64,000 bases of DNA, from NCBI RefSeq assembly GCF_009914755.1, contig NC_060928.1; one strand, 5' to 3'. Of the stretch, positions 1-17,944 are shown piece by piece. The DNA is from the human T2T-CHM13v2.0 reference genome, Homo sapiens. The position numbers and the translations under genes are program-made. A model generated the notes under the pieces. That model worked only from the letters and a program-made list of their open reading frames with translations. It was not told the origin of the DNA and did not search any database. The stretch's first letter is position 1, and the number at the start of each line of letters is the position of its first letter.

Positions 1-113
1 ACGAGGGCAGAGCCTTCATGGCCTAATCTCCTCTTAAGCATCCCACCTCTTAATACAGTCACAATGGCAATTAAATTTTAACATGGGTTTTGGAGGGGCA
101 TTCAAACCATAAC
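1..113 (-). mobile_element. MaLR LTR (MST/MLT1A-type) end
   Basis: gccttcatggcctaatc...cattcaaaccataaca typical MaLR terminus. Confidence 0.6.
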
Positions 114-480
114 ATTTCCCTTCCAAAGAGATGCCACAGATGAACTCCAGCTGCAGGGCTCATTCTGGCCTGGGCACTGCCTTGACTCACCCATGACCTG
201 GCTTAGTCCTGCCTCTCTGGGCCCCAGCCTCTGGGTCTGCATGGTGACCAGTGGGGCTGCATAGTCCCCGGCTCCTGCTGTTGACACCACATTGGAGGCA
301 GGTGGGGCTGCACACACGGGTTGGGGGATGTCCGTGGATGTGGGTGTGGTTATAGTCAAGGCAGGAGGAGATATGTTAATGTGGGCATGGCTAATGGTGA
401 GGTGGGTGGGGTAGTGACTGTGGGTGTGGCCACATCTAGCAGGTAGGGATATACCCGAGTCAAGTTGGGTGTGGCTCTGT

Positions 481-592
481 CCAGGTGGGCGTGGTGTCCA
501 GGTGGGCGTGGTATCCAGGTGGGCGTGGTATCCAGGCGGGTGTGGGTGGGCGTGGTGTCCAGGTGGGCGTGGTATCCAGGCGGGCATGGTAT
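481..592. repeat. 17-bp minisatellite (CCAGGTGGGCGTGGTRT) about 6 copies
   Basis: Direct reading of tandem units from 481; one unit carries an insertion. Confidence 0.9.
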
Positions 593-1480
593 CGTGATGA
601 CCACTGAGGATGTGGAGCCCCTGCCAGACTGAATGGAATCGGGCCTCACCACCCACTCTCAACATGGCTGCAAAGCTGTGGAGGACCCCATCTGACCCAC
701 AGGGTGTGGCCTGTCCCCTGGGCCATGTGACCACCCCTCCCAGTCTGGTTCAGGACCAGTGGGGGAAGAACAGGGAATCAAGGCAAATCTGGGCACATCC
801 CAGACGCCGAGGAGCAGGAAAGCAAAAGCAATAGGAAGCTCCCTTCTGAGACAGACAGCCACTCCCTGGGAGGGTTCAGCCCTCCTGCCTCCTGCATGGG
901 CCCTGGGCATCCTCATCCTCTCTGTCTTGCATCAGGACACTGGCTCCCTGGGGTCTCTGAGCCCTTGCTGCCTCCTACCATCCATCCTCCCTGGACGCCC
1001 AGAGAATCCCTGCTGAAACGCATGCCTGTCCTGGCCTCCCCATGCCCACGTCACACATGAAGGCCTCTGTGCAGTCTAGGCCCTTCTCAGTGGGGTCCTG
1101 CCCACCTGGCTCCTCCTCTTCCCCTCTGGGTCTCCCAGGCCCTTTGCTCACACAGCTGTTCTGTGTTTCCTAGGCACCCTGGGCTTGCCTCCGATCAGGA
1201 TCCTTCAGCACCCCACCCCACCTGCCCCAGTGCAGCCTGTCTCTCCCACCCTGCCCAAGGCCCATCCAGGGTTTTCTGGGCAGTTCCTAGTCTGGCTATG
1301 GGAGGAGGCCTGAGTTGGGAGCCGTAAGCCCTGGGCTCGCTGCCTGCCCGGCCTGCCTCCTTGGGTGACCCTGGCAGAGGCTGCCTCTGCAGCCCCAGCT
1401 TCTCAGCTCTTCCAGGGCTGGAGCTTAGCAGACTTCTGGGTCATGCCGTCTCAAGCTCACCATCTTCCCTTGTCTCCCAG

Positions 1481-1671
1481 AACCATTCCAGGCCTGGACG
1501 GGCTTCTACACGTCCCGCAGCTCACTGAAGGGGCTGGCCCGGCGAGCCAGCGCCTTGTTGTATGCCGGGGAGTCCATGTTCACACGCTACCTGTGGCCGG
1601 CCCCCCGTGGGCATCTGGACCCCACCTGGGCCCTGCAGCAGCTCCAGCAGCTTCGCTGGGCCGTCTCCGAG
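1481..1671 (+). CDS. MAN2B2: MAN2B2 coding exon (probably exon 8); GH38 central domain
   Basis: ctcccag|AACC...GAG|gtaac; translates (E)[26 protein letters not shown]...RWAVSE; WTGFYTSR is the GH38 middle-domain motif; 191 nt, phase 1 to 0. Confidence 0.95.
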
Positions 1672-2565
1672 GTAACACCACATTTAGCCACAGTGGCAGG
1701 ATTGGAACCTCCCATGCTGCGCACCTCCCCTCCCTTGTCCTAGCCAATCCTTCCAGCCCTGGGGCACTAGAGGCCCCACTTTACAGAGGGGAAACTGAGG
1801 TTCCCTTTGGTTACAAGGCCAGTGCATGGTGAACCCAGGCCAAGGCTGAGACCACAGCCTGATCCATCCAGCTGGTGGCCTCATTAAGCTTTGTAGCAGT
1901 TTAGCAAAAGGGATAAAGGACAAGGTGGAGTGGCATTTGTGTCCGACAGCCCTGCCTGCATCCATATCTCGGCTCAGCTGTGTGATGTCAGGCACATGAT
2001 TCCCACACCCACCCAAGACCTAATTCCCTCCTGTACAATGAGAACAACGAGCTTGCCCAGGAGGACGGTGGGGCAATTGGATGTGCTGGTGTGCACAGCC
2101 TGCTTGGTGCAGTGGCTGCTGAATAGCCAGTTCATGAGTTTCCGTCTCCACCCATCCCCTACTGTACTGATGGGAAAACAGACCCAAGACAGCCTGTAAC
2201 TTGTCCTCAGTCACCTATCCAAAAAAGGGTCACACCAGCCATGACACTGTAACAGTTCCCCAAAAGGAGCTGCTGGCAGAACATGTCATTATGTTGTGGG
2301 AGAAATGAGGTGACTTCAGGGTCCTTCAGAGCAGGGGGTCCAGAGATGGGGGACAATGAGTTCCCACAAGGGCAGGAAAAGTTGGGCGAGCTCCTCAGCT
2401 TCTCTTGGCCTCAGTTCCTCCTTCTGTAAAATGGCGGGGACTGCCCCCTTCTCCACTGGCACCTGGCAAGCCAGAATGAGAGCCAGCGCCTAGTAGGTGC
2501 CTTGTAGGTGCTTTGCAGAGTCAGGTCCTGATCCTGTTCTTCCTCCCCTCTGGGGGTTGCTGCAG

Positions 2566-2722
2566 GTCCAGCACCATGATGCCATCACTGGGACTGAGTC
2601 CCCCAAGGTGAGAGACATGTACGCAACGCACCTGGCCTCGGGGATGCTGGGCATGCGCAAGCTGATGGCCTCCATCGTCCTAGATGAGCTCCAGCCCCAG
2701 GCACCCATGGCGGCCAGCTCCG
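2566..2722 (+). CDS. MAN2B2: MAN2B2 coding exon (probably exon 9), contains QHHDAITGT motif
   Basis: ctgcag|GTCCAG...TCCG|gtgagc; [23 protein letters not shown]; HHDAITGT is the conserved GH38 motif supplying a zinc-ligand His; 157 nt. Confidence 0.96.
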
Positions 2723-3465
2723 GTGAGCAGGGCCCTGCAGGGAGGCTGTGGCCCCTTTATGAAGGGAGAGCCTGAGGAGGTCAGGGGAGGGGCTCAACGA
2801 CCCCAGCTTCAGACTCTGAGTCCACATCACCCATATCGCCCTTCCCCATGGTGAGAGCTCGGACAGGTGGCTTCAGTCCTCCCAGCCTCTGTTTGCTCAT
2901 CCGTGCAATGAGGAAGGGTTGCTGATGTTACAAGAAGAGCCAGAAATAGCAGCTAACATGTTTTGAGCATTTACTAAGCTCAAAATACCCTTCATGCAGT
3001 ATTGAATTTAATGCCTCACAAAATCTGTACAAAATAGGAATGGTTACTGTCCTCATTTTACAGCCGAGGAAACGGACTCAAGTTATATGCTAGCCCAGGG
3101 CCACTCGGGTAGGAAGGAGCAGAGCAGGGATTGAACCTGAACACGGTGCTGCCCAGCCTTGGCAGAGAGTACGCCGGTGTCCTCAGGGGCCCGGTCCCTT
3201 CCTGGCTCCTGGCACTCCCTCCCGAACTCCACTTGGCTGACATCACAGCAGGGCAGCCGTGGGACCAGCCTCTTTGACTGTGAGTTTTCCCACGTGTAGA
3301 GTGACTGATCACATGCCAGTGTGCCTGGGACTGAGGGGTTTCCAAACTGGGAAGATCCTGGACAAATGAAGACAGGTTGGCGGCCCTCCGCCCGCATGAG
3401 ACTTTTGTGTGCATAGGCCGCCAGGTCCCACCCACAGCCTGCACCTGGTCATCTTGCACTTCCTT

Positions 3466-4090
3466 CTTGTTTTTTGTTTTTTGAGACAGGGTCTCGCTGT
3501 GTCACCTAGGCTGGAGTGCAGTGGTGCCAGTCATAGGTCACTGCTGCCTTAGACTCCTGGGCTTGAGCGATCCTCCTGCCTCAGCCTCCCAAGTAGCTGG
3601 GACTACAGGCATGCACTACCACACCTGGCTTATTGTTTTATTTTTATTTTTTTTGGAGAGACAGGGTCTCACCATGTTGCCAGGATGGTCTCCTAACTCC
3701 TGGGCTCAAGTGGTCCTCCCACCTTGGTCTGTCAAAATGCTGCTATCTGGCCAGGCATGGTGGCTCACACCTGTAATCCCAGCACTTTGGGAGGCCGAGG
3801 CGGGTGGATTACGAGGTCAGGAGATCGAGACCATCCTGGCTAACACGGTGAAAACCTGTCTCTACTAAAAATACCAAAAAAATGAGCCGGGTGTGGTGGC
3901 GGGCGCCTGTAGTCCCAGCTACTCAGGGGCTGAGGCAGGAGAATGGCGTGAACCCAGGAGGCGGAGCTTGCAGTGAGCCGAGATCGCACCACTGCACTCC
4001 AGCCTGGGCGACAGAGCGAGACTCCGTCTCAAAAAAAAAAAAAAAAAAAAAGTTCTGGGATCACAGGCAAGAGCCACCATGCCTGGCTGC
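3466..4090. mobile_element. AluJ-like (-) interrupted by AluY-like (+, 3749-4051)
   Basis: Minus Alu 3466-3742 resumes at 4052 (ttctgggatcacagg...); inner Alu has AluY diagnostics gagatcgagaccatcctggctaacacgg and agaatggcgtgaacc. Confidence 0.85.
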
Positions 4091-4917
4091 CTTGTACTTC
4101 TTGGTGTCCCAGCTGTGGCCTGCCCACTGCCCTAGCATCTAACATGCCCTTCCCCTCCCATCTCTGTCTGTGTGTAATCCCATCCAACCTGCAGGCTCTG
4201 GAAGGCCCCCTGGCCTCAGGAACACCAGCCAGGTGGAAGAGACAGTGGCAGAACGGGAGCTCTCAGCTGGGGTCTGGCTTCACTGCCAGGTGGGGACTTT
4301 TGAGGAGCTGTCATTCCAATGAACACACAGGAGAGGCTTCCCCAAGCTGTGAATAGGTAGAGAAGACCAGGAAAGTGTCCCCAGCAGAGGGAACAGCCCA
4401 GGCAGAGGCAGGGAGGCTGGAAGTATGTGCTGGGTTCAGGGATCCAGGAGTTCTCAGGTGTGGCCAGACCTCACACACATGGGCTGGTAGGATGCAACAG
4501 AAAGAGAGGCCAGGTCCTCATCACAGGGACCTAAAATGCCAGGCTAGGCAATGGACTTGACCCTCTGGGCTCCAGAGAATTCTCTGGTGGCTCACAGTGC
4601 CCAGCACTCAAAGCTTTGCAGCCAGGCCTTAGAAGCTGGGTCACCTTGGGCAAGTGGCTGTACTTCTCTGGACCTGTTTCCTCATCAGTAAAATGGGCTG
4701 ACAGAGATGTGTGAGGAGCGAATAGAACCTCAGTTCTCCAGGGCGACACGGACACCTTATGTTCCGAGCCCCTCCGCCTGCCCTGCCCTGGAAGCCAGAC
4801 TGCAGAATGTAGCCCACGCTGTGTCTGTGGGAAACACCTGTTGGCCTGCCCCCTTCCTGGCTCCCCTGGGAGTTCTGGAGGGCTGCATCTCACCTACCTC
4901 AGTTTCCCTCATACTGA

Positions 4918-5166
<249 letters not shown>

Positions 5167-5264
5167 TGAACCTGCTCTGGGCCGGGCACATTGTCTCTTC
5201 TGACCCTGCAAGGGAGGCCTTATCACCTTTGTTTTACAGAAGAGGAAACTGAGGCTCAGAGAAG

Positions 5265-6180
5265 CAAAGTGGGGTTTTTTTCCCAACACCACCCAATTCT
5301 CCACTTTTCTGACACCAACTGAGTGTCCTAAAATCAATTCATTCCTGAATTGAGTACCTGGAGTGAGCACAGACCCCACGAGTTAGGGGCCCAAAATCTC
5401 ACAAGACCCCTAATTTCAGACACCAGCCACAAATGGGGTTCCTGGGCTACCACACTTGTGTCCTGCTGACTGAATTCTGGGGTTCCCATGATACACACAC
5501 ACACAAGTTTGATAATTCATTAGAACAGCTCACAGAACTCAGGCAAGTGCCATACTTACCATGACAGTTTTGTTAGAAAAGGTACAACTGGCTGGGTGTG
5601 GTGGCTCACGCCTGTAATCCAAACACTTTCGGAGGCTGAAGCGGGTGGATCACCCGAGGTCAGGAGTTCGAGACCATCCTGGCCAACATGGGGAAACCTC
5701 GTCTCTAACTAAAAGTACAAAAATTAGCCAGGCGTGGTAGCATGCACTGGTATAATAATTGGGAGGCTGAGGCAGGAGAATCGCTTTAACCTGGAAGGCA
5801 GAGGTTGCAGTGAGCTGAGATTGCGCCACTGCACTCCAGCCTGGGCAACAAGAGTGAGACTCCATCTCAAAAAAAAAAAAAAAAGAAAGGGTACAACTCA
5901 GGGACAGCTGCAGGGAGCACTGGTGAGGTGGAAGCAGGGAGGGCCTAGCATCCCAGCCCTCTAACCCGGGCTCGCTTCCTTGGGAGCAGCCCCATCCTGA
6001 AGCCACCTATGGGCCTTGCCAGAAGGCACCTCCACAGCATAAGCTCAGATAAGGTTGGAAGGGGCTTGTTATGAACTTTAGAAGACACTCCTATCACTCA
6101 GGAAGTTCCAATGGTTTTAGGAGCTCTGTGGCAAGAGCTGCAGACAAAGACCAAATCTATCTATGTTTACTGTACCACAC
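5265..6180 (-). mobile_element. MER21-like LTR with AluS insertion (5590-5884, +)
   Basis: Ends aagacactcctatcactcaggaagttcca...gagctctgtg...aaagaccaaat (MER21 5' end, reverse); Alu flanked by TSD agaaa(a/g)ggtacaact. Confidence 0.7.
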
Positions 6181-6599
6181 AGAGTCCCTGAGGTCACACA
6201 GCTGCGAGGTGGCAAACTCCCAACCTCCAAACCTTCCTTGGTCAATCAAAGCCGTGGTTCGAGTGAAAGTGTGACAGTCTGCCCTTGTAGGAAGACATCA
6301 CCCAGGGACACACAGCCGTTGAGGGGAGTTGGATCTACCCAGCGGACTGATACTGGGCTTGGGGCATCCAATGTGGCCAGAAGCCGAGGGCCATCTGTGT
6401 CATCATCCCTGTCATCCCCTCATGCACTCGGAGGCCTGCTGAGACTAAGGGACTGGTCAAAGTCCCCCAGTGAGGAAGAGGTGGAGCAGGCTCCATATTC
6501 AAGCACCACCAGCCGTGAGCTGAGCCTTCCCCTGCACCCAGGCCTTGCACTGTGCCCAGCACTAATGGGGTCACGCTATGGGAGATAAGGGCCTCATCT

Positions 6600-6941
6600 G
6601 TCGCAGCCTGCTTGGGCTGCTATGACAAAGTCTCATAGGCTACATGGCTTAAATGACATACATTTATTTCTCACAGTTCTGGAGGCAGGAAGTCCAAGAT
6701 CAAGGTGCCAGCATGGCCGGGTTCTGGTGAGGGCCTCTTCCTGCTTGCCATCTTCCTGTGTGTCCTCACATGGCACAAGAGGCCAAGGGAACTCTCTGAG
6801 GTCTTTTTTACGAGGGCACTAATCCCATTCTTGAGGGCAGCACCCTCCGACCTAATCACCTCCCCAAGGCCCCACTCCTAAGTGATGACTTGGAATCCGG
6901 ACGTCAGCCATTTGAGGGGACACAGACATTCAGTCCGTGGC
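6600..6941 (-). mobile_element. MLT1A-type MaLR LTR
   Basis: catttatttctcacagttctggagg...aagtccaagatcaaggtgcc...gggacacagacattcagtccgtggca. Confidence 0.8.
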
Positions 6942-7038
6942 ATCACTCATGCCAAGTGGGAGTTAGGAGGTGGCATTAGCCTTTCAACTGTTGTGCCCTG
7001 CTTACACTTTTTAAAACAATTTTTACTGTCAGTTTTCC

Positions 7039-7446
<408 letters not shown>

Positions 7447-9389
7447 TGATCTAATATGAATTTCCACCCTGGCATGTGGGAAAGCCTTCAGGAATCTTAA
7501 AGGGGTGCTTTAATGGAGGTGCCGATGTTAGGTATGGGGCTGGACTGCTTTTGTCCACACCACCCAGACACCCCACATGGGTCAGGCCAACTCCGGTTCC
7601 AGAGGGCGCCAGACACGCCACCCAGCTGACCCTTCTTGGGGAGGCGGAGGAGGGGCTGACATCACTCATTCACTCAGCAAAGCTCCCGAACGCCCATCCT
7701 GGGCCCAGCCCTGGGCTGGGTGCTGGGCCCCTGGACCTGAGCGAGGCCAGGCCCCATCCCAGGACACAGACATGGATGGTGACAGTGTGGAGTGGTGACT
7801 CGGGAGCCAGGGGAGGGGCCCTCGGCTGGAACTGAGACCGAGGAGGAGTTTGTCCAGCACAGGGAGAGGCGAAGGGAGGGTATGGGTCTGAGCAGACCCC
7901 CACACACACCCCTTCCCCACTCAGATGCAGTATCCGTTAGGAGTAGATTCCCTCAGCATACATTTCTGGAGCTCCTACTGTCTGTCAGCCCCTGTTCTAG
8001 GCGCTGGGGATGGTGTACTAACCAAACAGACAAAATCCCACTGCCTGGGGCATCTATTCCAGTAGGGGAGACAGGTGATAAGTAAAATAAGAAAAATATG
8101 GAATATGATAGGCGATGACCACCGTGAGGGGGACAGTCACTACAGCAAGTTGCAGGGGCTGGGGACACATTTTAAATAGGTGGGCCAGGCCGCATCAATG
8201 TGGGATCAGGCAGACAGGGAACAGGTGTCTGCTGTATTTGGGATAAAGGCTGGGTCGGGAGGCGTGTACACCATTATTGGGGGGGCCTCCCCACTGGGGC
8301 ACAGGAACTGAGGGGGCACAGTGCCCTCCTCCAGCCTCCCTCTCCAAATCAGACACCTCGGAGGTGAGCAGAGGCCAGGAGGGTTAACCTGGAAAAGTCC
8401 GTCCACGTGGGGATGAGAAGATTGGGGGATGGCCCCTCCCAGGAGAAGGTAGTCCAGGTGGAGGGCACAGCGTGGCACAGGCTCAGAGGCAGGAAACGGC
8501 AGGAGTGTCAGGAAGGAAGGGTTGGTGATGCTGGAGCCCCAAGGGCCAGAGGACAGAGTAAGGTCACCGCAGGGAGGAGGCTGGGTCCCAGAGGAGGCTT
8601 CCTTCCCCAGTTGCAGCAGACAAGAGTCTCGAAAAGCTTGCTTTGGTTGCTGCAGTGGATGGGTTGGTAGGCACAGGAGTGGATGTGGGGACAGCAGTGC
8701 AGATGCTGGGCAGTTACCTAGGGAGGGGCCACAGCAGCTGTGACCAGGCAGAGGCCACAGGGAAGGGAGATGAAAGGCCTCAAGAAGGCGGTGGGGGGCC
8801 TTGGTGGTGGGTGGGAGTGGCTGGAGGATGGGGGATGGGGATTCCTGGGGGATGGGGAAGGGGAGTGACTGAGGGATGGGATGACTAGGGGGTAGGGGTG
8901 GAGAAAGCCGGACAGCGGGGAGCAGAAGGTGCAGGGTAGGTGCTGGAAGGGCCATCGTTGGATGGGGATGCTGCAGGGAGCAGATTTGGGTGGGATGGGG
9001 TAGCTGGTGAGGTCAGCTGTTGACATCCACGTGGAGGCGTCAAACAAGAAGCTGTATTCGTGGATCTCGGGTTCCAGAAGAGGTCAGTGGATTTGGGTTT
9101 GCTTTTGGGAGTCATCACTTTGGTTGATGAAGGATGATTAAAGGAGCTGGGGGTGTTCAGGAGCTCCCAGTTCAGGAGGTGGGAGTAAGAGAAGCTTTGG
9201 GGACCCCAAGAACCAGCTATCTTCAGGTCGCTGAAGGGTTCTCCCAGGACTGATGTGGTTTGTGGGGGTCCAAGGGGAGAAAGCCAGAACTGGGGGCAGG
9301 GAGGAGAAATCGGCAGGATCCGAGAGATGGAAAGACACTGCTGCCTCAGCAAGTAGTGAGCACCCCATTCCAGAAAGTGTGAGAGCTGA

Positions 9390-9698
<309 letters not shown>

Positions 9699-10054
9699 TA
9701 AGGTGCAGCCATTGCTGTCTCTGAGGCACAGGCATGCCTGGAGCCTGGGCATGTCAGGCCCCTACCTGGATTCTCCATTTGCTCACTTGCCTGGGGGAAG
9801 GACAGATGGTGGTGAAACCCCTTCCTGCTATTGTGATCTTTAATTTTAGAAGTGTGAGCCTGGGCCAGTGCAGGAAAGGCTTTCTTATACTTTTTCATTC
9901 CAGGGCTATTGATCCATAGAAAAAAATGAGCACTGAGGGACTCACTCTGGGAAAAAAAAATTACCACTTTTTTTTTAATTTAGAGAAACATAAAATCTCT
10001 ATTCAGTAAATAGTGTTACTGTCTTTAAAGCAGGACGGGACTTTCAAAATCATC

Positions 10055-10320
10055 TAATCCCACCCACCCACCTGTCTACTTACCCATCTATTCACCCACC
10101 CACTTATCTACCCACCCAGTTATCCATCCATCCACCCAATTATCCACCCACTCATCCATCCACTCACCCACTTACCCATCCATCCATACATCTACCTACC
10201 CACCCATTCATCATCCATCCATCTACCCACCCACCTATGTACCTACCCATTCATCCATCCATCCACTCACCCAACCACCCATTCATTCATTCATTCATTC
10301 ATTCATGTATTCATTCAGCA
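10055..10320. repeat. (CCAT/CCAC)n degenerate tetranucleotide repeat ending in (TTCA)n
   Basis: Direct reading. Confidence 0.85.
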
Positions 10321-11289
10321 GCTATTTGTGGACATCAGAGTGGGCAGCTGACCTCCCAAGAAAGACCTCGTGGCTGGTTTATCCTTCCTAGGCCACGTCC
10401 GGTGGAGTCTTCATCAGGCCCAGCTGCCTCTGCCAGAATACTCACCTTGTCTCCTGATGTGACCTTCTAATGGAGAGGGGTACATGGCAGAAAGTGAGGG
10501 GACAGGAAAGGGGAGAGGGGAGACAGAAAAAGAGGAGGGAGAGAAGAAGGGAGAGGGGCATTTGTACTGAGGTGGGTATCAGGGGAGCTCAGCTCAAGGT
10601 CACTGTCAGCAGCTCCCTGCCCACAGAGCTCCAGGACTTCTCTGGGAATGGGGCCCCAGTCAGGTCTGTCCTCATCTTTCCCCAGTGGCTCCTGAGGGAA
10701 AGTGGGGCAGGTGCAGGGGTGACAGCAGCCAGCATGGGTGGCTGGCAAGGGGGGAGTTGGGCAGAGGAGCTGCAGAAATGGGAGAAACCCCAGCATGGTC
10801 CAAGCCTGCTAGGTTAGGCCAGGAGAGGCAGAATGTGCCCTGTCCGTTCCTCACTCAGGCCCCATGCCCCCTCTGTACATGCCCCTTAGGGCAGCCCACG
10901 GACCCCACATGCCTAAGCCAGGGTCCCACCCGGCATTTCCAGCACTGGAGCTCAGGCTGTCCTGTCCCGTTTGTGGCCCTGTCTGTCTCTCTTGTTTTGA
11001 ACTCCAGTGAGGACAAAGGAGTTCTTATTGGGCTCCCAAAACCCCACCAGGGGTAAGCCTTGCAAAACCAGTGCCTGTCACCTGAGCAGAAAGGAGGAGC
11101 TGTTGGTATTCAGAGTAGGGGCCATCGGGAGACGACACCTGGGGCCAGGCCCCAGGCCTCGAAGGGCATAGGGGAGGTTGCTCCATAGGAAGGAGACAGC
11201 CTGTGCAGAGGCCTGGGGTGGGAAGCCAAGGGTGCAGACACCAACCCCAGGGCAGTGTGGGTTGAAGGGAGCGCTTCTGTTCCTTATGT

Positions 11290-12565
<1,276 letters not shown>

Positions 12566-13343
12566 GGCCCCTGGGGGAGCTTTTTAAAAGGATCGTGCGG
12601 GGAAGGGGTCCAGGGCCAGAGGCCTCAATTCTTTTCTTTCTCCTCCTCCACCAGCACTCAGTAGAACCCTCCACAGCCTGCCTCCCTTTCCTTCCCCACC
12701 CTCACCACAATCCCACAGAGAAGTGGGTGCAGAGGCCATCCACCTCATTGTCCGCCCACAGCCAGGCCAGACTCAGATACAAATACATCACTTGTGCACT
12801 TGGTTAGGCCAAATATTGCATTTTACAATTAAAATACTTGACCCCCTCCTGCTCTTCTCCCATCCTCTGTCCTAACACAAACATCCTAATAGAAGGGAGG
12901 GAGCACAGAATTTAAAGTCGGGGCTGAATTTGAGTTCTGGCTTGCACACTTCCTAGATGTGTGATCTTGGGTACATGATGTCACAACTTCCAGCCTCGGA
13001 TGCCTCGGGAGTGGGATGGGTTAACAGTCCCTGCCTTTGGGGGTTGGGAGAATTTAACCAGGTGAAGTCAGTGAAGGCTCTGGCCCATGACATGGGGTCT
13101 GTACACATGGGTGTCCTGCTGGACAGCTCAGAGTCAGCATGACAAAAGCCCGTTCCTGCACTGGTTTCGCTTGCAGACCACAGCCTGGGTGAGCCAGTTC
13201 CATCTCTTGGGGGTGCCCTCTGCTGACGGCTCACGGTTCCTGTCTGCAGGCTCTGTCCGTCTCCTCGTTTGTGACCCATTCTGGGACAGCATGGAGTCTA
13301 AGGCCACACTGGCTGTGGGTGGGGTCTCAGGGCTTCTAGATGA

Positions 13344-13754
<411 letters not shown>

Positions 13755-14165
13755 TGAACCCCAGCTTCCGGGCCGTGGTTGACACGTGGTCTGATGAAGA
13801 AATGAATTGCTCTGGTGTCTGCATGCTGGCTGCGTTTGCGTGTGCTGTGTCACGTTGGTTGGGAGCTAAGTTCAGAGCTGGGAGAGAGACCCACAGACCC
13901 TGGGGCCCACAGAGCACCTGTTCTTCCATGATCAGAGCAGACGTAAGGCAGGCCCGGCATGGCAGCCCTGCGGTGTCGGGGAACCAGGCTGCTCCCAGCC
14001 GCTCGGGGTCCTGGGTGGTGCTATTGTCCACATGGCCCAAGAAGGCTCCCTGCCTTTCGGCGTACCCTGCCCTGCCCACCCTGCCCACATGAAGGAAGGG
14101 AAGCAAAAAGGAAGCATCTAGAAGGTTCCTGGAGCTTCACTTACTGATGCTCCCTTCTCCTCCAG

Positions 14166-14418
14166 GAACATGACAGCACAGAATTACACGTATGCAATCC
14201 GCTCCCGGCTCACCCATGTGCCGCAGGGCCATGACGGGGAGCTGCTCTGCCACCGGATAGAGCAGGAGTACCAAGCCGGCCCCCTGGAGCTGAACCGTGA
14301 GGCTGTCCTGAGGACCAGCACCAACCTAAACAGCCAGCAGGTCATCTACTCAGACAACAACGGCTACCAGATGCAGCGGAGGCCCTACGTTTCCTATGTG
14401 AACAACAGCATCGCCCGG
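14166..14418 (+). CDS. MAN2B2: MAN2B2 coding exon (probably exon 13)
   Basis: cctccag|GAAC...CGG|gtatgt; [15 protein letters not shown]...[13 protein letters not shown]...SIAR; the YSDNNG motif matches the GH38 C-terminal domain; 253 nt. Confidence 0.95.
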
Positions 14419-14497
14419 GTATGTCCTGCAATGCCCACAAGGCACGCTCCCAATGGCGCCTTTCCTGGACCCATTAAGCATCAAATTGCAGCAGTAG

Positions 14498-14903
<406 letters not shown>

Positions 14904-15097
14904 TGAATTCTGGTGCTACCACAGACAAGAATAGTATGTGCCTTGGCTTGTGCCTCGGTTTCCTCTCCTGTAAAATGGCTCCTTCATCAAAGGGTCATTC
15001 TGAGGATCCATGAGATGATGCGTGGCCAGGGCTTGGCCAGGGCCTGCACCCATGTCAGCTGAGCTGTATGCTAGGAAGCCACAGAGCTGGTGTCTGA

Positions 15098-15777
<680 letters not shown>

Positions 15778-16004
15778 TAGCCCAAGCCCCTCATTTAACA
15801 GATGGGCAAACTGAGGGCAAACAGTGGCTCACTTAAGGTCATACAACTAGGAGGTACAGAGCTGGGACTCACCCATTTCACCATATGCCTCTTCCCTGTA
15901 TCTTCTCCATTTTCTTCTCTGATGTATCTTTTCCTTTCTTAATATGACATTATGTCACCATGTCACTTTAGGTCTGGAGGCTTAGCATTTAAAAGACTGG
16001 TTTG

Positions 16005-16226
<222 letters not shown>

Positions 16227-17674
16227 CTAATCTATAGTCTAACCTAAAGGACTTATTCTGTACCTCCACTGAGCTTCTGTAGATCAGATCAACAACCATG
16301 TAGTTCTGTGTCTCTATAAAGTAGCAGAACATGAGAAACATTAAACAATGATTACATTTAAAGATGGTCTTTTGGAGCTGCAAGACCTAGATACAATTTG
16401 CTGCCATTCTCACTAATCCTTAAACTCTTTTCTTTTTCTACTCACCTATGGAGGTTTTGATTAGCATGTGCTTTTAAGGTTCTCCCTGCTTTGGTTTTAG
16501 AGCCAGAACCCAGGGCAGTAGCCAGCAGGCAGGCTGTCACTCACCCATGCAACAAGCATATACTGAGCACTTGCAGTGTGCCTGTGCCATACACTGGAGA
16601 TGCAGAAGAGCAGCCCGGACCCAGGAGAGTTTTCCTGGGCTGTTGGACAGGGGAGGCATGCTCGTATAGAGCCAGGATTCAGGGTGGAGAAGGAGCCATG
16701 CCATAGAGGGCCTGGTGTTTCGTGGGTGTAGAGGAGTGTGAGACCACAGCTGGGAGGAGGTCAGGGATCAGGTCCAGGGGGTGTCAATTAAGGTTCTTTG
16801 GAAGTAACAGAGCCTGAAGGGGCAGCTATTTGGGCAGAGCCTGGAGAAGCTCATGGAATCTAAGGAGGAGCTGGATACAAGGTCCAGACAGGCATGGGGC
16901 AGGGCAGCTCTAGGCATATCAGGAGCAGAGGCTCACAGCCATGTCTCCCAGGACGGCCATTGAGCCACCTCTGGTTCCCTTGCTTCAGATTCCCAGAAGA
17001 GGAAATCTGATTGGCCTAGCAGGGTCAGGTTCTGCTCCCAGACCAGTCAGTGGTTCCTTCTGTGTAGCTGGGGCTTTTCCTGCAAAGGGAGATGAGGCCA
17101 TGTCTGAGAAAGCCCCATGGCTGTTGTCAGCTCCATCCCACCTGGCCTCACTCTGGTCTCTGTTGGTTGCAAGTAACGGAAACCCAACTTGAACTAGCTG
17201 AGCCCCCAGGGAGAGTGTATGGTGAGGCCCACATAACCAAGGGAAGGGCAGGGTGTAATTGGGCCTCAGGGCCTGGAGCCCTCGTGAGGCTGTCCTTGTT
17301 CGTCTCTCACCTGCACTTCTCTCTGTCTGCAGACTTTCCTTCACCTCCCACCTGGGATGTGACTCTGAACAGCTCTGGGGCTGCTCTCAAAGAGCAGCTC
17401 TGTCTTCCCCACTCAAAAGGACCTAAGACTTGGACTTTCCAGTTCCAAGTGCAAAAGTCCTAGGGAAAGATTCTGATTGGTCCTACTGGGGTCAGGTGGC
17501 CCATGCCTGGACCAATCAGCATGGCCTGGGGTATTGTAAGAAGATGGTAGCTCCAGCTGAACATCTAGACCTGAAAGGAGTAGGGGCTGAGGTGCCTTCT
17601 GAGCAGAGAGACCAGTAGATGACAAAACAGGGGTGGAACTGGCATCCCAGATCTTGAGTAGAAAACAGGGTTCT

Positions 17675-17944
<270 letters not shown>

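Noticed and set aside
102-734. 210-aa His/Pro-rich minus-strand ORF
   Set aside because: Produced by the G/T-rich tract and 17-bp minisatellite
8206-8955. 249-aa Pro/Leu-rich minus-strand ORF
   Set aside because: G-rich degenerate L2-like intronic sequence with no domain or splice support
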